Below, in pieces: positions 34,216 through 45,346 of a DNA stretch of 64,000 nucleotides. The position numbers and the translations under genes are program-made. Each line of letters opens with the position of its first letter. The stretch's first letter is position 1. Under the pieces are notes generated by a model. The model made no database searches. It was not told the DNA's origin and saw only the letters and a program-made list of their open reading frames with translations. Source of the DNA: an uncultured Actinomycetes bacterium (GTDB taxonomy: Bacteria > Actinomycetota > Thermoleophilia > RBG-16-64-13); assembly GCA_963809395.1 (NCBI GenBank), contig CAWEJM010000018.1, positions 128,275 to 192,274 on the forward strand. The letters run 5' to 3'.

Positions 34216-35057
34216 GTGGAGGCAAGACCAGTGGCCAAAAGACGGGACAACAAGGGAAAGCAGCAGGTAGCAAGAGCCAGCGGCCGGACCGTGGAGCAGG
34301 CCGTCCAAAGGGCTCTGGCCGAACTTGATTTCGCCCCCGGCGAACTCGCCGAGGACCAGTATGAGGTGACGATCGTCATCCCTCCGGAAGAGGGGTTCAT
34401 GGGCGTGGGCGCGGTCGACGCGGTGGTCGAGGTCGCACTCGTCGGTGACGCCTTCGATTTCTATGGTCCCGAGAACGACACCCAACCCGAAGAACTGCTC
34501 GACGATCGAGTTCGATGACGACGACTACGTACGAGGACGAGGACTACCGGGAGAGGCACGAAGACCCCGGCGTCTACGGCAGGCCCGAGGACGATGAGCT
34601 GGCGGACAAACCGGAAGCTGCGCGACTCCGCGGCTTTCTGCAGCGTGTGTTGAGCGAGTTGGGCCTCGTTGCGCAGGTGCGGATCATCGAAGGTCCCGAC
34701 GAGCTGCACGCTGAGATCACGGGTGAAGACCTGGGCATCTTCATCGGGCGAAGAGGGCAGACCATCGATGCCGTAGAGTATCTCGCGAGCATCGCGGTGT
34801 TCCCGGGGTCTCACCCGCGCAAGCACGTGGAATTGGACGCGGAAGGGTACAAGGAGCGCCGGCGGCGGCAGATTGAACGCGTAGCCCTCCGAAAGGCCCA
34901 AGAAGCCGCCAAACGGGGCAGGCCGGTGCAGCTCACCCCCATGACTCCGGCGGAGCGGAAGATCGTTCACTTGACGCTCAAGGGCCGGGCCGACGTGGTG
35001 ACGGCCAGCCAGGGGCGCGAGCCGAACCGGTCGGTGGTCATCTCTCCAGCGCGCTGA
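34216..35057 (+). CDS. jag: Jag/KhpB-like protein (Jag_N, KH and R3H domains), one frameshift near 34510.
   Basis: GRTVEQAVQRALAELD...EGFMGVG, then IFIGRRGQTIDAVEYLASI and PMTPAERKIVHLTLKGRADVVTASQGREPNRSVVI. Confidence 0.85.
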
Positions 35058-35195
35058 ATCGCGGCCTATCCGCTCGGATTCTGGCGGACCCGACTGGGTA
35101 GCTCGACTGGGTCGGCAGCCGGGCTCCGGCGTGGTCGCTGGGCCTTTTCTGGCATCATCTTCGCCTCTGATCATCTCGGACTCGAGAGCTAGCGC

Positions 35196-36708
35196 GTGAA
35201 GCCACACATGACCGGTGATCCCCATATGTCGTGCGGACAATCCTTCGCGGGGGTCGAGCCCGTCCTCAGCGTCGCGGAGCCAGAAGGCGCGACCCGAGCC
35301 GGGGACGCGACGTGGGGCGAGGACACCATCGTGGCCGTCTCCACGGCGACGGGACCGGGCGCCATCGGCATCGTGAGGATGAGCGGACCGGACGCGATCG
35401 CCATCGCCGAGTCTGCATTCCAGCCTGCGCGAGGCACACCCCTGCTGCCGCGAGAGACCTACTGTCTGCTGTACGGGCACGTCGTCGATCCTCGCAGCGG
35501 GGAGTCCGTAGACGAGGCACTGCTGGCGGTCATGCGGACTCCGCGCTCGTACACTCGCGAGGACGTGGTCGAACTGCATTGCCACGGGGGGCTGGCCGCG
35601 CAGCGAGCCGTACTGCGGCTGATGGTGCATTTGGGGGCCCGGCTGGCGGAGCCGGGGGAGTTCACGCGCCGGGCATTCTTGAACGGGCGAATCGATCTGG
35701 CTCAGGCGGAGAGCGTGGCCGCGATCGTGGCCGCTCGAAGCTCGGGGGCGCTTAGAGCATCAGTGCGGCAGCTCGAAGGCGGACTTTCGGAGAAGCTTCG
35801 TCTTCTCAGAAGAGAACTGGTGAGGCTTCTTGCGCAGATAGAAGTCACGGTGGATTTCTCCGACGAGGACGTGGACCCGCTGGATTGGGGATCGCTGGCC
35901 GAGGGCCTGGCCTCGGTGCAGGACGATCTAGCTCGCCTTCTGCGTACGGCTTTCTTGGGCCGCGCGCTGGAGCAGGGGGTACGCACCGCCATCGTGGGCA
36001 AGACCGAACGTGGGCAAGAGTTCCCTCCTGAACGCACTTCTGATGAGGGAGCGGGCCATCGTGTCGGACATACCCGGGACCACGAGGGACACCGTGGAGG
36101 AACTCATGGAGATCGGGGGCATCCCCATCCACCTGGTGGATACGGCGGGCATGCGCAGCGGTGGCGACCACGTCGAGCAACTAGGGGTGGAGCGGTCGGT
36201 CAGGGCCATGGAACAGGCGGATCTGGTTCTTGCTGTGTTCGATTTGTCGGCCCCGTGGGACGACGCGGACGAGCGACTGGTTGGCAGCCTCGATCCGGCC
36301 CGCTCGATAGTCGTGGGGAACAAGAGCGACCTTGCGCGGTGGGCGAACGGGAGGGCACGGCTCGGTCGGATTGTCGGCCGAAGCGTGAGCCGCCACGAGT
36401 GTGCGGTCTCGGCGGTCACGGGAGAGGGTCTTGACGATCTGCGTGCGCGCATCCAGCAGATCATCACCGGCGGAGAGGGGCTGCATCTGGAGGAGCCGGT
36501 TCTCGCGACAGAGCGCCAGCGCGGCCTGGTGAGCGAAGCGGCGGACAGGGCGGGCGCAGCCCTGGCGGGCGCGGCCCGCCACCGCGACGAAGAGCTCGTC
36601 TGCGAGGATATCAGGGGGGCCGTGCAGGCACTGGGGCGCATAACCGGCGAAGAATTGACTCCGGACTTGCTGGACGAGATCTTCAGCAGGTTCTGCTTGG
36701 GCAAGTAG
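35196..36708 (+). CDS. mnmE: tRNA modification GTPase MnmE, one frameshift inside the P-loop near 36003.
   Basis: DTIVAVSTATGPGAIGIVRMSGP...SYTREDVVELHCHGG...RLAEPGEFTRRAFLNGRIDLAQAESV. Removing one base at 36003 restores IVGKPNVGKSSLLNALL. The C-terminus is FSRFCLGK. The true start may be downstream of 35196. Confidence 0.93.
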
Positions 36709-36720
36709 GAGAGAAAGCGC

Positions 36721-38108
36721 ATGTTTGCATGCCCACAGGTGGAGCGGGGCGCACGCGTCCACGGCGAGGCGGGCGGAGCGTCGCCCAGCGTCGTCGTGGT
36801 CGGGGCCGGCGTTTCGGGCTGTGCGTGTGCGGCGGTTCTTGCTTGCAAGGGTGTGCGTGTGACGGTTCTGAACAGTGTGTTGGACGCAGTGGGTCTGCCC
36901 GGGTATGGTCCCGAGCTGGTGGTCGGGTCGGGCGGTTGGGCTGAGATCGGAGAGACCATGGCGGCTCTGCCCGCTGCGCTCCGCGGGGCGTGGCTCGACG
37001 CAGCCTCGGTCCCTGACGATGGGGCTCCGCTTCTGACCGTGGACAGACGGGCGGTAAGCATCGAAACGAAGCGAGCTCTCGAACGCATCCCGGGTCTTCA
37101 GTTCAGGCAGGGTCTGGTCACGGACTTGAGGGTGCTACCAGCAGAGAGTGAACGGTCCGGTGACCCCGGGCATGGACGTGTCGCAGTCGAGACCGTGTTC
37201 GGCGAAGTGATCGAGGCGGACGCCGTTGTTCTGGCAGTAGGGCTCGGCCTGGGCGGCCATGTCACGGTGGGAGCCGATGTGTTGCCCGGAGGACGATATG
37301 GCGAGATCCCGGCGGACGGACTGCGGAAAGCCCTCGAGGCGATGGGCGTGAGCTTTCCGGGAGGTCGCGATGGAAGTCGGGGCAAGGTTCTCGAGTCACA
37401 GCTCCGCGCTGCCGGATGCCTTGGGCGCATCCAGGGGCGGCTGCAAGGCGCACGCGACCGTCTTGGTCCGCTGGATCTTGGGGGAGCCAAGTGATAAGTG
37501 GCCCAGCGAGACTGTCGGCGGAGCTTGAGGAGGCGCGGCAGGCCCTGCGAAGTGAGCCGGCTTGTCATGACGGCGATGGCGTCGACGGCGCGCGACGATA
37601 CGGCGCGCGCTACTGGGGCCGGATCGTTCGAACCGTGGCCGGAAAGTTATCCTCCCGCTGTCCACTGGACCGACGACCTGCGGATCGATCGAGATCGTGC
37701 TACGACGAGGCGGGCGGCTGTGCGCCGGTTCCGCTTCTGTCCCCCGATGGTATGGCCACGGCTGAGTTCTACCTATCTCCCGAGGGAGCACGCGTCGCCG
37801 GACTGGAGACCGAAGAGCCCGGCAGCTCGGTCTTCGGCACGGAGAGGCCCGCAAGTCGACTGGGTCACACAGTGCGCGCCCTCGTCGTGACGAGTCTCGC
37901 CCCAGGGGGCAGGTTGACACTCGACTCGTGCGAAGAGCCGTGGATATGGGTGGCAGGGCGCGCCGCCGGCGCGGCAGGTTACGTGGAGAGCCTCCGTTCG
38001 GGGGCTCGCGTGGCTGAGGAGGTGGCGGAGGAGCTGGCGGAGCGCCGCCTCGAGGTCTCCGAGGGAGGTCTCGAGAGTGTGGATCGGACTCATCGAGGAC
38101 CCGGATGA
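36721..38108 (+). CDS. Divergent FAD-binding MnmG/TrmFO-family paralog, function unknown, frameshifted.
   Basis: The N-terminal Rossmann segment VVVVGAGVSGCACAAVLACKGVRVTVLNSVLDAVGLPGYGPE parallels mnmG's [42 protein letters not shown]. The C-terminal segment WVAGRAAGAAGYVESLRSGARVAEEVA parallels the [16 protein letters not shown] motif. Confidence 0.5.
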
Positions 38109-38163
38109 CCGCGCGACCGCGTCCGGCGCGTCCGGCCGGCCGGGTCGTTGACGGGGCAATCGG

Positions 38164-40115
38164 ATGACGGCGCGGTATGGAGAGTGGACGTACGACGTTG
38201 TCGTTGTCGGGGGCGGGCACGCCGGCTGTGAGGCGGCACTGGCGGCCGCGCGCATGGGCTGCCGCACCGCCATGGTCACGCTCCATCTGGACAACATCGC
38301 CCTCATGCCCTGCAACCCGGCAGTCGGAGGAGTCGGCAAAGGCCAACTGACGCGCGAGGTCGACGCTCTGGGGGGCGAACAGGGTCGCAACACCGATCGG
38401 GCGTTCATTCAGATCAAGATGCTGAACACTTCGAAAGGGCCCGCGGTCAGGGCTCTGCGGGCCCAAGCCGACAAGCGGCTCTACGAAGACTGGATGAAGG
38501 TGGTCCTCTCGCGGACGCCCGAATCTCGCATCTTGGTCCAAGGTGAGGCGGTCGCTCTCGATGTTTCACGTGAAACAATCAGGGCGGTGCGAACTCGCCG
38601 ACGGTCGCCGGCTTCGAGCCCGCGCCGTGGTGCTGGCCACAGGGACCTTCTTGCGGGGAAAGATCGTCATCGGCGATCGGAGCTACGCGGCGGGACGGGT
38701 CGGCGAGCTTCCCGCGCAGCGTCTGTCGCGGAGCCTTCTCGAGGCCGGTCTGGAACTCGATCGCTTCCAGTCGGCCACTCCGCCGCGCATCGACGGGACC
38801 ACCATCGACCCGGAGCGCATGGCTCCTCAGACGGGCGACGCGATGCCTCTGTCGTTCTCCCATTGGCAGGCTACCGGCGCCACGTCGGCAGGTGCCCTGC
38901 TATCTCACGCACACCACTGCCGCGACTCACGAGGTGGTGGCCAAGCATCTCCATCTCAGCCCGCTCAAGAGCGGCTCCGTCAGCGGCAAGGGTCCCAGGT
39001 ACTGCCCCTCCATCGACCGGAAGCTGATCAACTTCCCGGAGAAGGAGCACCATCCCGGTGTTTGTCGAGCCGGAGGGCGTCACCACGCAGGAGATGTATC
39101 TGCAGGGCTTGACCACCAGTCTTCCCGTGTTCGTGCAGGAGATGATCATCCGCGCCACGCCCGGTCTCGAGCAGGGCGCGTCTCGTCCGCCCCGGCTACG
39201 CCGTCGAATACGACTATCTTCCTCCCCAACAGCTCACCCTGGCTCTGCAGACCAAGGCGGTGAGCGGTCTCTTCTCCGCCGGACAGCTCAACGGGACGTC
39301 GGGCTACGAGGAAGCCGCCGCGCAGGGTCTGATGGCGGGGATCAACGCCGCTCTCCACGTCTCGAAACGAGGCCGCCGTTCATCCTGCGCAGGGACCAGG
39401 CCTACATCGGCGTCCTGATCGACGACCTGGTGACCAAGGGCGTGGACGAGCCGTACCGGATGTTCACGTCGCGGGCGGAATACCGCCTCCTTCTCCGTCA
39501 CGACAACGCCGCGGAAAGGCTCTCCCATCTGGGGCATGCTCTCGGACTGCTCAGCGTCGGAGCAACTCTCCGCGGTGGAGGAGAAACAAGCCAAGGTCAG
39601 AGAGTACGCGGAACTGCTCGACACAGTCCAAGTCAGATCCAGCGAGGAGACCGACACGCTCCTGGAGTCTCTGGGCACGGCCCCCTTGGAAGAGTCGCAG
39701 ACTGCCGCGAAAGTCCTGCGTCGGCCGCAGGTTTCCTTTGACGATCTGCTCGAGCTCGTTTCCGCCGAGGATCGCGATCGTCTCGTCTCCGCGCCTCGCG
39801 GAGGTGATCGAGCAACTGGCGATCCAGGCGCGGTACGAGGGCTACATCCGGCGACAGACGGCCGAGATCAAGCGGCACCGCGCGACCGAAACGCTGCCCA
39901 TCCCGGATGGCTTCGAGTACTGGCCACTCGAAGGCCTGACATACGAGGCCAAGGACAAGCTGAGCCGGCTCCGTCCGGCCACGCTCGGCCAGGCCTCCCG
40001 GGTCCCGGGGGTCTCTCCGGCGGATATCTCGGTCCTGCTCGTGCACCTTCATCGTGGCGAACGGCTCCGCGCCGACCCCGATCCCCAGGCGAACACGATC
40101 GCTCTGGATCGTTGA
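38164..40115 (+). CDS. mnmG: tRNA uridine 5-carboxymethylaminomethyl modification enzyme MnmG (GidA), at least 5 frameshifts.
   Basis: [30 protein letters not shown]...[23 protein letters not shown]; [11 protein letters not shown]; [23 protein letters not shown]; [19 protein letters not shown]; [10 protein letters not shown]...[24 protein letters not shown]. Confidence 0.95.
38562..38577. other. parS centromere-like site, a perfect 16-bp palindrome.
   Basis: TGTTTCACGTGAAACA matches the canonical parS consensus exactly. It lies inside the mnmG coding sequence, about 3 kb upstream of parAB. Confidence 0.85.
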
Positions 40116-40833
40116 TCGAGGCCTCGAACTGAAGCTGACCGAAACAAGCGCCTACGCGGCCCGCGGCCTGGATGCGGCCGCCCAGCATCGCCTGGCCGTC
40201 TTGGGCGACCTCATTCTTGGGGCGGGATTCAACGTGACCGGGCTCACGGACCCGCAGGAGATCGAGCGCACCCACTTCCTCGACTCGCTGTCGCTTCTCG
40301 ACCTGGGCTGCGTCTCCTCGGCAGAGAAGCCTGGTCGACCTGGGTTCCGGGGCGGGTCTGCCGGCCCTGGTCCTCGCGCTGGCTCTTGCCGGCGCCAAGA
40401 TAGTGGCGGTGGAGTCACAGCGGAAGAAGTGCGCCCACATCGGGCGAGCCGCAGAGGCGCTCTCCTTGCGGAACATCGAGGTCTACTGCGCCCGGGCCGA
40501 GGAATACGGGCGCACGGTCGGCCGGGAGGCTCACGACGTGGTCGTGTCTCGCGCGCTGGCCGCGCTGCCGGTGGTGGCCGAGTACTCGCTCCCGCTGCTG
40601 GTGGTCGGCGGGACCATGGTGGCCATGAAGGGGGCAATATCGGACCAAGAGCGTACTCAGGCCGAGAGAAGCTCTCGGTATACTGGGGTCTGACCTGCTC
40701 GAGGCGGTGCGGTTGCAGCCATTCGCGGGTGCGCAGAATCGATGGGTGTACGTTGCCCGGAAGATCCGCGTCACGCCCGGCGAGTATCCGCGTCGTCCCG
40801 GGAATCCCTGCAAAGCGACCTCTCGGCGGCTGA
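40054..40833 (+). CDS. rsmG: 16S rRNA (guanine527-N7)-methyltransferase RsmG (GidB), frameshifted. The start is uncertain.
   Basis: FNVTGLTDPQEIERTHFLDSLSLL; LVDLGSGAGLPALVLALA (second frame); KIVAVESQRKKCAHI...DVVVSRALAALPVVAEYSLPLLVVGGTMVAMKG. ATG 40054 would overlap mnmG by 62 nt, so the true start may lie near 40120. Confidence 0.85.
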   Translation: MANGSAPTPIPRRTRSLWIVDRGLELKLTETSAYAARGLDAAAQHRLAVLGDLILGAGFNVTGLTDPQEIERTHFLDSLSLLDLGCVSSAEKPGRPGFRGGSAGPGPRAGSCRRQDSGGGVTAEEVRPHRASRRGALLAEHRGLLRPGRGIRAHGRPGGSRRGRVSRAGRAAGGGRVLAPAAGGRRDHGGHEGGNIGPRAYSGREKLSVYWGLTCSRRCGCSHSRVRRIDGCTLPGRSASRPASIRVVPGIPAKRPLGG

Positions 40834-40844
40834 GGAGGAGACCG

Positions 40845-41676
40845 ATGCGCGGCGTCCGGTCGGTGCCGGTCGTCGTGCGGCGCAACGAGCATAGTGGGAA
40901 GGGCAAGACTCTGATCTACGCCATCGCAAATCAGAAGGGCGGGGTGGGCAAGACCACCACCGCCGTCAATCTGGCAGCGAGCTTGGCCCAGTCGGGGGAG
41001 CGGGTCCTCTTGGTGGACATGGACGCGCAGGCGAACGCTTCCCACGGACTGGCGGTGCGCGTCCCGAGGGGCGAGCCGACCATCCTCGAGGTGCTGCTGG
41101 GAGAGGAGACCCTAGGCTCGGTCATCAGGGAATCCTCGGTACCCGGCCTGGACGTGGCCCCTTCGTCTCCGGACATGGCCGGAGCCAGCGTCCTGCTTCC
41201 CGGCTCTTGAGAGGCGCGAGTTCAGGCTCAAGGACGCTCTTGCCGAGATCGTGGGCTCCGGGCTCGGATACACCTACGTCTTTATCGACTGCCCTCCCTC
41301 CCTGGGGCTTCTGACGGTCAACTCCCTGGTCGCGGCCGACCAAGTCATAATCCCTGTCCAGACCGAGTACTACGCTCTCGAGGGCTTGGCTCAGCTGATG
41401 TCTACGATCGTGGCGGTCAGGGAGCGTCTCAACCCGTCCCTGCGGATAGCGGGACTGGTGCTCACGATGATGGATCCGCGAACCACACTCGCCCGGCAGG
41501 TGGAGCTGGAGATCCGCACCCATTTCCCGAACCTGACTTTCAGCACGATGGTGCCGCGCAACGTGCGCTTGGCCGAAGCGCCCAGCCACGGCATCCCGGT
41601 TTCGATGCTGGATCCGCATTGCGCCGGCTCCGACGCTTACTTCGATCTCGCAATGGAGGTTGTCAACCATGGCTAA
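40845..41676 (+). CDS. parA: Chromosome partitioning ATPase ParA/Soj, one frameshift near 41205.
   Basis: A GGAGGAG Shine-Dalgarno precedes ATG 40845. Deviant Walker A: IANQKGGVGKTTTAVNLAASLA. Then YVFIDCPPSLGLLTVNSLVAADQVIIPVQTEYYALEGL...VPRNVRLAEAPSHG. Confidence 0.93.
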
Positions 41677-42568
41677 GAGACCCGCTCTCGGCAGAGGACT
41701 GGCGGCCCTTCTCGGCGAGGGGACCGCGAACGAGGCTGCTCTGGAATCACAGGCATCACCAGCCGCGTCGACCTCTGCCGCTGGCGGGGGTGTCATCGAT
41801 CTCTCGGTGAGCGTCATACGCCGCAATCCCCGGCAGCCACGTCGGGCCTTCGACTCCGCGGCTCTTGATGAACTGGCAACGTCTATCGCCTCGGTCGGGG
41901 TCGTCCAGCCGGTCATCGTCCGAGAGGTCGAGGGTGGATACGAGCTCATCGCCGGGGAGCGCCGGTGGCGGGCGGCTCAGAAGGCAGGGTTCACCGTCAT
42001 ACCTGCGATCGTCCGCGCCGCCTCCGACGTGGAGAGCCTCGAGCTTGCTCTGGTCGAGAACGTCGTTCGTCAGCAACTCAACCCTGTGGACGAGGCGTAC
42101 GCTCTCAAGGTCCTTCTCGAGGACCTCGGGGTGACCCAGGAGAACCTTGCGGCGCGGGTGGGCAAGAGCCGCTCGGCCATCGCGAACAAGATACGGCTGC
42201 TCGATCTGCCGGCCGGCATACAAGAGTCTCTATCAAGCGGGGCGCTTTCGGAGGGCCACGGCCGCGCGCTTCTGGGCCTGACTGAGCGGGGACGACAGCT
42301 GCAACTCGCTCGTCGTGTGGTGGACAAAGGGCTGTCCGTGCGTCAGGTCGAAGAAGAGGTCCGTCGCCTGACCGACGGATCGCGGTCCGAAAGCAGGCGC
42401 AAGGAATCACCGCTCGATCCAGAGATCGTCAATGAGGTGCGGGACGCATTCTTTGCGTCTCTCGGGGTGATCCCCCGGGTGAAGGGGCGGGGCAGCGGGG
42501 GCGTGATCGAGCTGCCTTTCAAGGATGGCGAGGAGCTTCAGCGCCTGGTAGGCAGACTGGGTTCGTAG
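41660..42568 (+). CDS. parB: Chromosome partitioning protein ParB/Spo0J, intact.
   Basis: MAKRPALGRGLAALL...NPRQPRRAFDSAALDELATSIASVGVVQPVIVR...YELIAGERRWRAAQKAG; HTH segment QENLAARVGKSRSAIANKIRLL. The likely start is ATG 41669. Confidence 0.95.
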   Translation: MSTMAKRPALGRGLAALLGEGTANEAALESQASPAASTSAAGGGVIDLSVSVIRRNPRQPRRAFDSAALDELATSIASVGVVQPVIVREVEGGYELIAGERRWRAAQKAGFTVIPAIVRAASDVESLELALVENVVRQQLNPVDEAYALKVLLEDLGVTQENLAARVGKSRSAIANKIRLLDLPAGIQESLSSGALSEGHGRALLGLTERGRQLQLARRVVDKGLSVRQVEEEVRRLTDGSRSESRRKESPLDPEIVNEVRDAFFASLGVIPRVKGRGSGGVIELPFKDGEELQRLVGRLGS

Positions 42569-42698
42569 CCCGCGCCCGGTAGGGTCGCTCCCCGGCGGGA
42601 ACCCTAGCCGTGGAGCCCCGCGTCCCATGTGACGCTAGTCGGGCACTGGCAGGGCATCCCGGTGACGGTCGGGGCATCTGAAATTGGAGGGGGCGGGT

Positions 42699-43587
42699 AT
42701 GGACAGGCACTTTTGGCAACACGGCGGGTCACGCGGCAGGCGGGGACGGGTGAGCGGCACCGGAGACAGCCAGAGCCGGAGGCCTCGCCGGCAGGGATCG
42801 TGGCGTTTTGGCGGTGGACTGTCGGGGTGGGTAGTCTCGATCGCCGTCGTGGCGGTTCTCGCTCTGGCGACGTTCATGGCGGGGTGTGGTGACGGCCGCG
42901 AGACCGTCGCGCCGGCGGCGCAGACGCCGGCCGGTTCAGGGGCTCCCAATACCATCACAGTATCCGGCAAGGCGACGGTGACCAGCGCGCCGGACGAAGC
43001 GGTCTTGACCCTCACGGTCGAGACCGACGCGCCCGAGCCCGGCGCATCACTGGACGCGAACTCTCTGGCGGTCCAGAAGGTCATGGACCGACTCAAGGCC
43101 GAGGGCGTGGAGGACGCGGCCATCGAGACGGCGAACGTCTCCGTGTATCCGATCCGCACCTACGATCCGAAGACCGGCCAGGAGACTCTGACCGGTTATC
43201 GGGCGCAGAACACGGTCACCGTTACACTGAAAGACGCGCGCACCGTCGGGAAAGTGCTGGCCGCGTCCGTAGAGACGGGGGCGACGAACATCTCCGGCCC
43301 CGTCTGGAGACTGGCCGAGGACAGCGCCGCTGTCGTTGAGGCTTTGAAGAAGGCAGCCGCCAACGCGCGGGCCAAGGCCGAGGCGCTCGCGAGCGCGCAG
43401 GGAGTCAAAGTCGGCGAGGTCTCCATCATAAACGAAAGCGGAATCGAGCAGCCCATTCACCCCGGTCTACACTCAGATGTACGCCGACAAGGCTGCCTCT
43501 GGGAGTTCGGTGGCGGCGCCTCCTGTCAGTCCGGGGAGTCTCGATGTCACCGCGACCGTCACCATCACCTACGTGTTGACACGCTGA
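42699..43587 (+). CDS. SIMPL-domain (DUF541, BP26-like) lipoprotein, one frameshift near the 3' end.
   Basis: Lipobox LATFMAGC. Then ITVSGKATVTSAPDEAVLTLTVET...TGYRAQNTVTVTLKD...GATNISGPVW...ARAKAEALASAQGVKVGEV. The tail PGSLDVTATVTITYVL is in a second frame. Confidence 0.75.
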
Positions 43588-43672
43588 CCCACTCGGAGCC
43601 GACTGGAGCGGACCCCTGCTATATGATGGAGCGACGGCCTGTTTCTCTCTGGGGATCGTAGAGGAGAGTTGA

Positions 43673-44120
43673 ATGCAGGGATGCGAAGATCCGACACAAG
43701 TCGACCCTCTGAATCAGGCCCTGGGAGAGTATCTGCGCATCCCGGGGATGAAGGCCGCGATTCTCGTTTCAGACCAAGGGCTGATGATCAGCGGTATCGC
43801 GCAAGACCATGTGGATACGGCCAGTATCGCCGCCTTGGTGATCGACACGGTGGCGGCCGCCCAGCGCTTTGGGCTTCAGCTTCAGGCGGGCCTTCTGGAC
43901 ACGATGAGAATCGAGTTCGAGGATCTCACCGTCGTAGTTGGCGCCGTTCACGGCAGACGTGATGCTTGCCCTCGTGGCGGCCCCAGGTTCTCTGGGCGCT
44001 TTACGGGGCGCCTCTGTCCGCGGGCAGGGGCCGGTGCCACCCCTTGCCGGCGAAACCTGCTCGGTGCCGGATCAGAGCGAACCCGAGCCGCTCGTCCCGA
44101 TCTGCTCCCCAGACACGTAA
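43673..44120 (+). CDS. Roadblock/LC7 (MglB-like) domain protein, one frameshift. The 3' end is uncertain.
   Basis: A GAGGAGAG Shine-Dalgarno is present. LNQALGEYLRIPGMKAAILVSDQGLMISGIAQDHVDTASIAALVIDTVAAAQRFG...DTMRIEFEDLTVVV, then APFTADVMLALVAAPGSLGALR. Confidence 0.6.
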
Positions 44121-44515
44121 TCGAGGAAGCCGATAACATCCGGTTGCGGCCCAGCGCCCCAGACTTCCCAGACGAGCCTAGGCGGAGCGACTATCGAGAG
44201 CATCTCGCCCGACCGGGAGATGTACGAGTAGGGTTTTGAATCCGGCAGATAGAGCAGTTCCACCTTCGTCGGTCGAACTTTATCGCTCGTGAAGAGGCTC
44301 TTGGCTTTGATCAAAGCCTTGCCGGAGCTGCCAAGGGTGGCCGTGCCACCGACTCGGGCGAGAATCATGATGAATCCGTAGGACCTCAGGGGGCTGACGA
44401 GGTATTGTCCGTCTTGGGTTGGCGACGTGTACCTCTCGGCGATAGGCGCCGGGAGGGCCAAAAGCACGACAAGCACCAAGAGGACGATCCATATGAGTCT
44501 GCGTCTGGTCAGCAT
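44072..44515 (-). CDS. Hypothetical membrane-anchored protein in a locally lower-GC stretch.
   Basis: MLTRRRLIWIVLLVLVVLLALPAPIAERYTSPTQDGQYLVSPLRSYGFIMILARVGG... I recognise no family. The upstream part of the ORF (to 44770) overlaps the cobO leader and is discounted. Confidence 0.4.
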   Translation of the reverse strand: MLTRRRLIWIVLLVLVVLLALPAPIAERYTSPTQDGQYLVSPLRSYGFIMILARVGGTATLGSSGKALIKAKSLFTSDKVRPTKVELLYLPDSKPYSYISRSGEMLSIVAPPRLVWEVWGAGPQPDVIGFLDYVSGEQIGTSGSGSL

Positions 44516-44677
44516 TCCCTCAATCCACAGGTCTTTGCGAGCGGGCCTCTTTCCATTGTAATCTGTGAGGGGGATAGGACTCGCCGGGGGATTATCCGCC
44601 AGGGACGAAAAAAGCACCATGACATGCTGCGATGCTGCGTGGCAGGATGGCTGAGCAACGGCAAGGGGTGGGTCACG

Positions 44678-45199
44678 ATGTTGGGCAGGGGACGGATCAT
44701 CGTCCACACGGGCGACGGCAAGGGAAAGACTACCGCGGCGTTCGGCGCAGCGATGCGAGCGAGTGGGCACGGTCTGGAGGTCGCGGTGGTCCAGTTCATC
44801 AAGGGCGCGTGGAACTACGGGGAAGTGCGCGCCGCCGAAAGCTGCTTGAATATCGAGGTGACTCGCATCGGATCAGGTTACACGTGGCTAGCGGAGGATC
44901 CGTCCGAGCCGCGGATGCTGGCGCAAGAAGCATGGAAGGTTTCCCGCGAGATCGCGCTCTCGGATCGATATGATCTGCTGATTCTGGATGAGCTCAACTG
45001 TGCGGTGGCCGAGGGATACGTGGGGGTCGATGAAGTCCTTGCTTTGCTGGTGGACAAACCTGCCCGTTTGTCCATCATCATCACGGGGCGAGACGCAAAG
45101 CCGGAGATCATCGACGCCGCGGACACCGCAACCGAGATGCGTTGCCTAAAGCACGCCTACGCCCAAGGCGTACCGGCCCGGAAGGGTATCGAGTACTAG
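44678..45199 (+). CDS. cobO: Cob(I)yrinic acid a,c-diamide adenosyltransferase (CobO/BtuR type), intact.
   Basis: GRIIVHTGDGKGKTTAAFGAAMRASGHGLEVAVVQFIKGAWNYGE...YDLLILDELNCAVAEGYV...IIITGRDAKPEIIDAADTATEMRCLKHAYAQGVPARKGIEY. Confidence 0.88.
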   Translation: MLGRGRIIVHTGDGKGKTTAAFGAAMRASGHGLEVAVVQFIKGAWNYGEVRAAESCLNIEVTRIGSGYTWLAEDPSEPRMLAQEAWKVSREIALSDRYDLLILDELNCAVAEGYVGVDEVLALLVDKPARLSIIITGRDAKPEIIDAADTATEMRCLKHAYAQGVPARKGIEY

Positions 45200-45346
45200 A
45201 GTTCGGACGCCACGTGCCGAGACCGGTGCCGCGGCTGAGTGACCGCGTAGGTCCGACCATCCGCCAAACCTTCAGCTCAGTGCGACCGAAGCCTCCGCCG
45301 AAAACGGTCTGCGCGGGCGCCCGCTCTGAGACCGGCAGCGCGGGTA

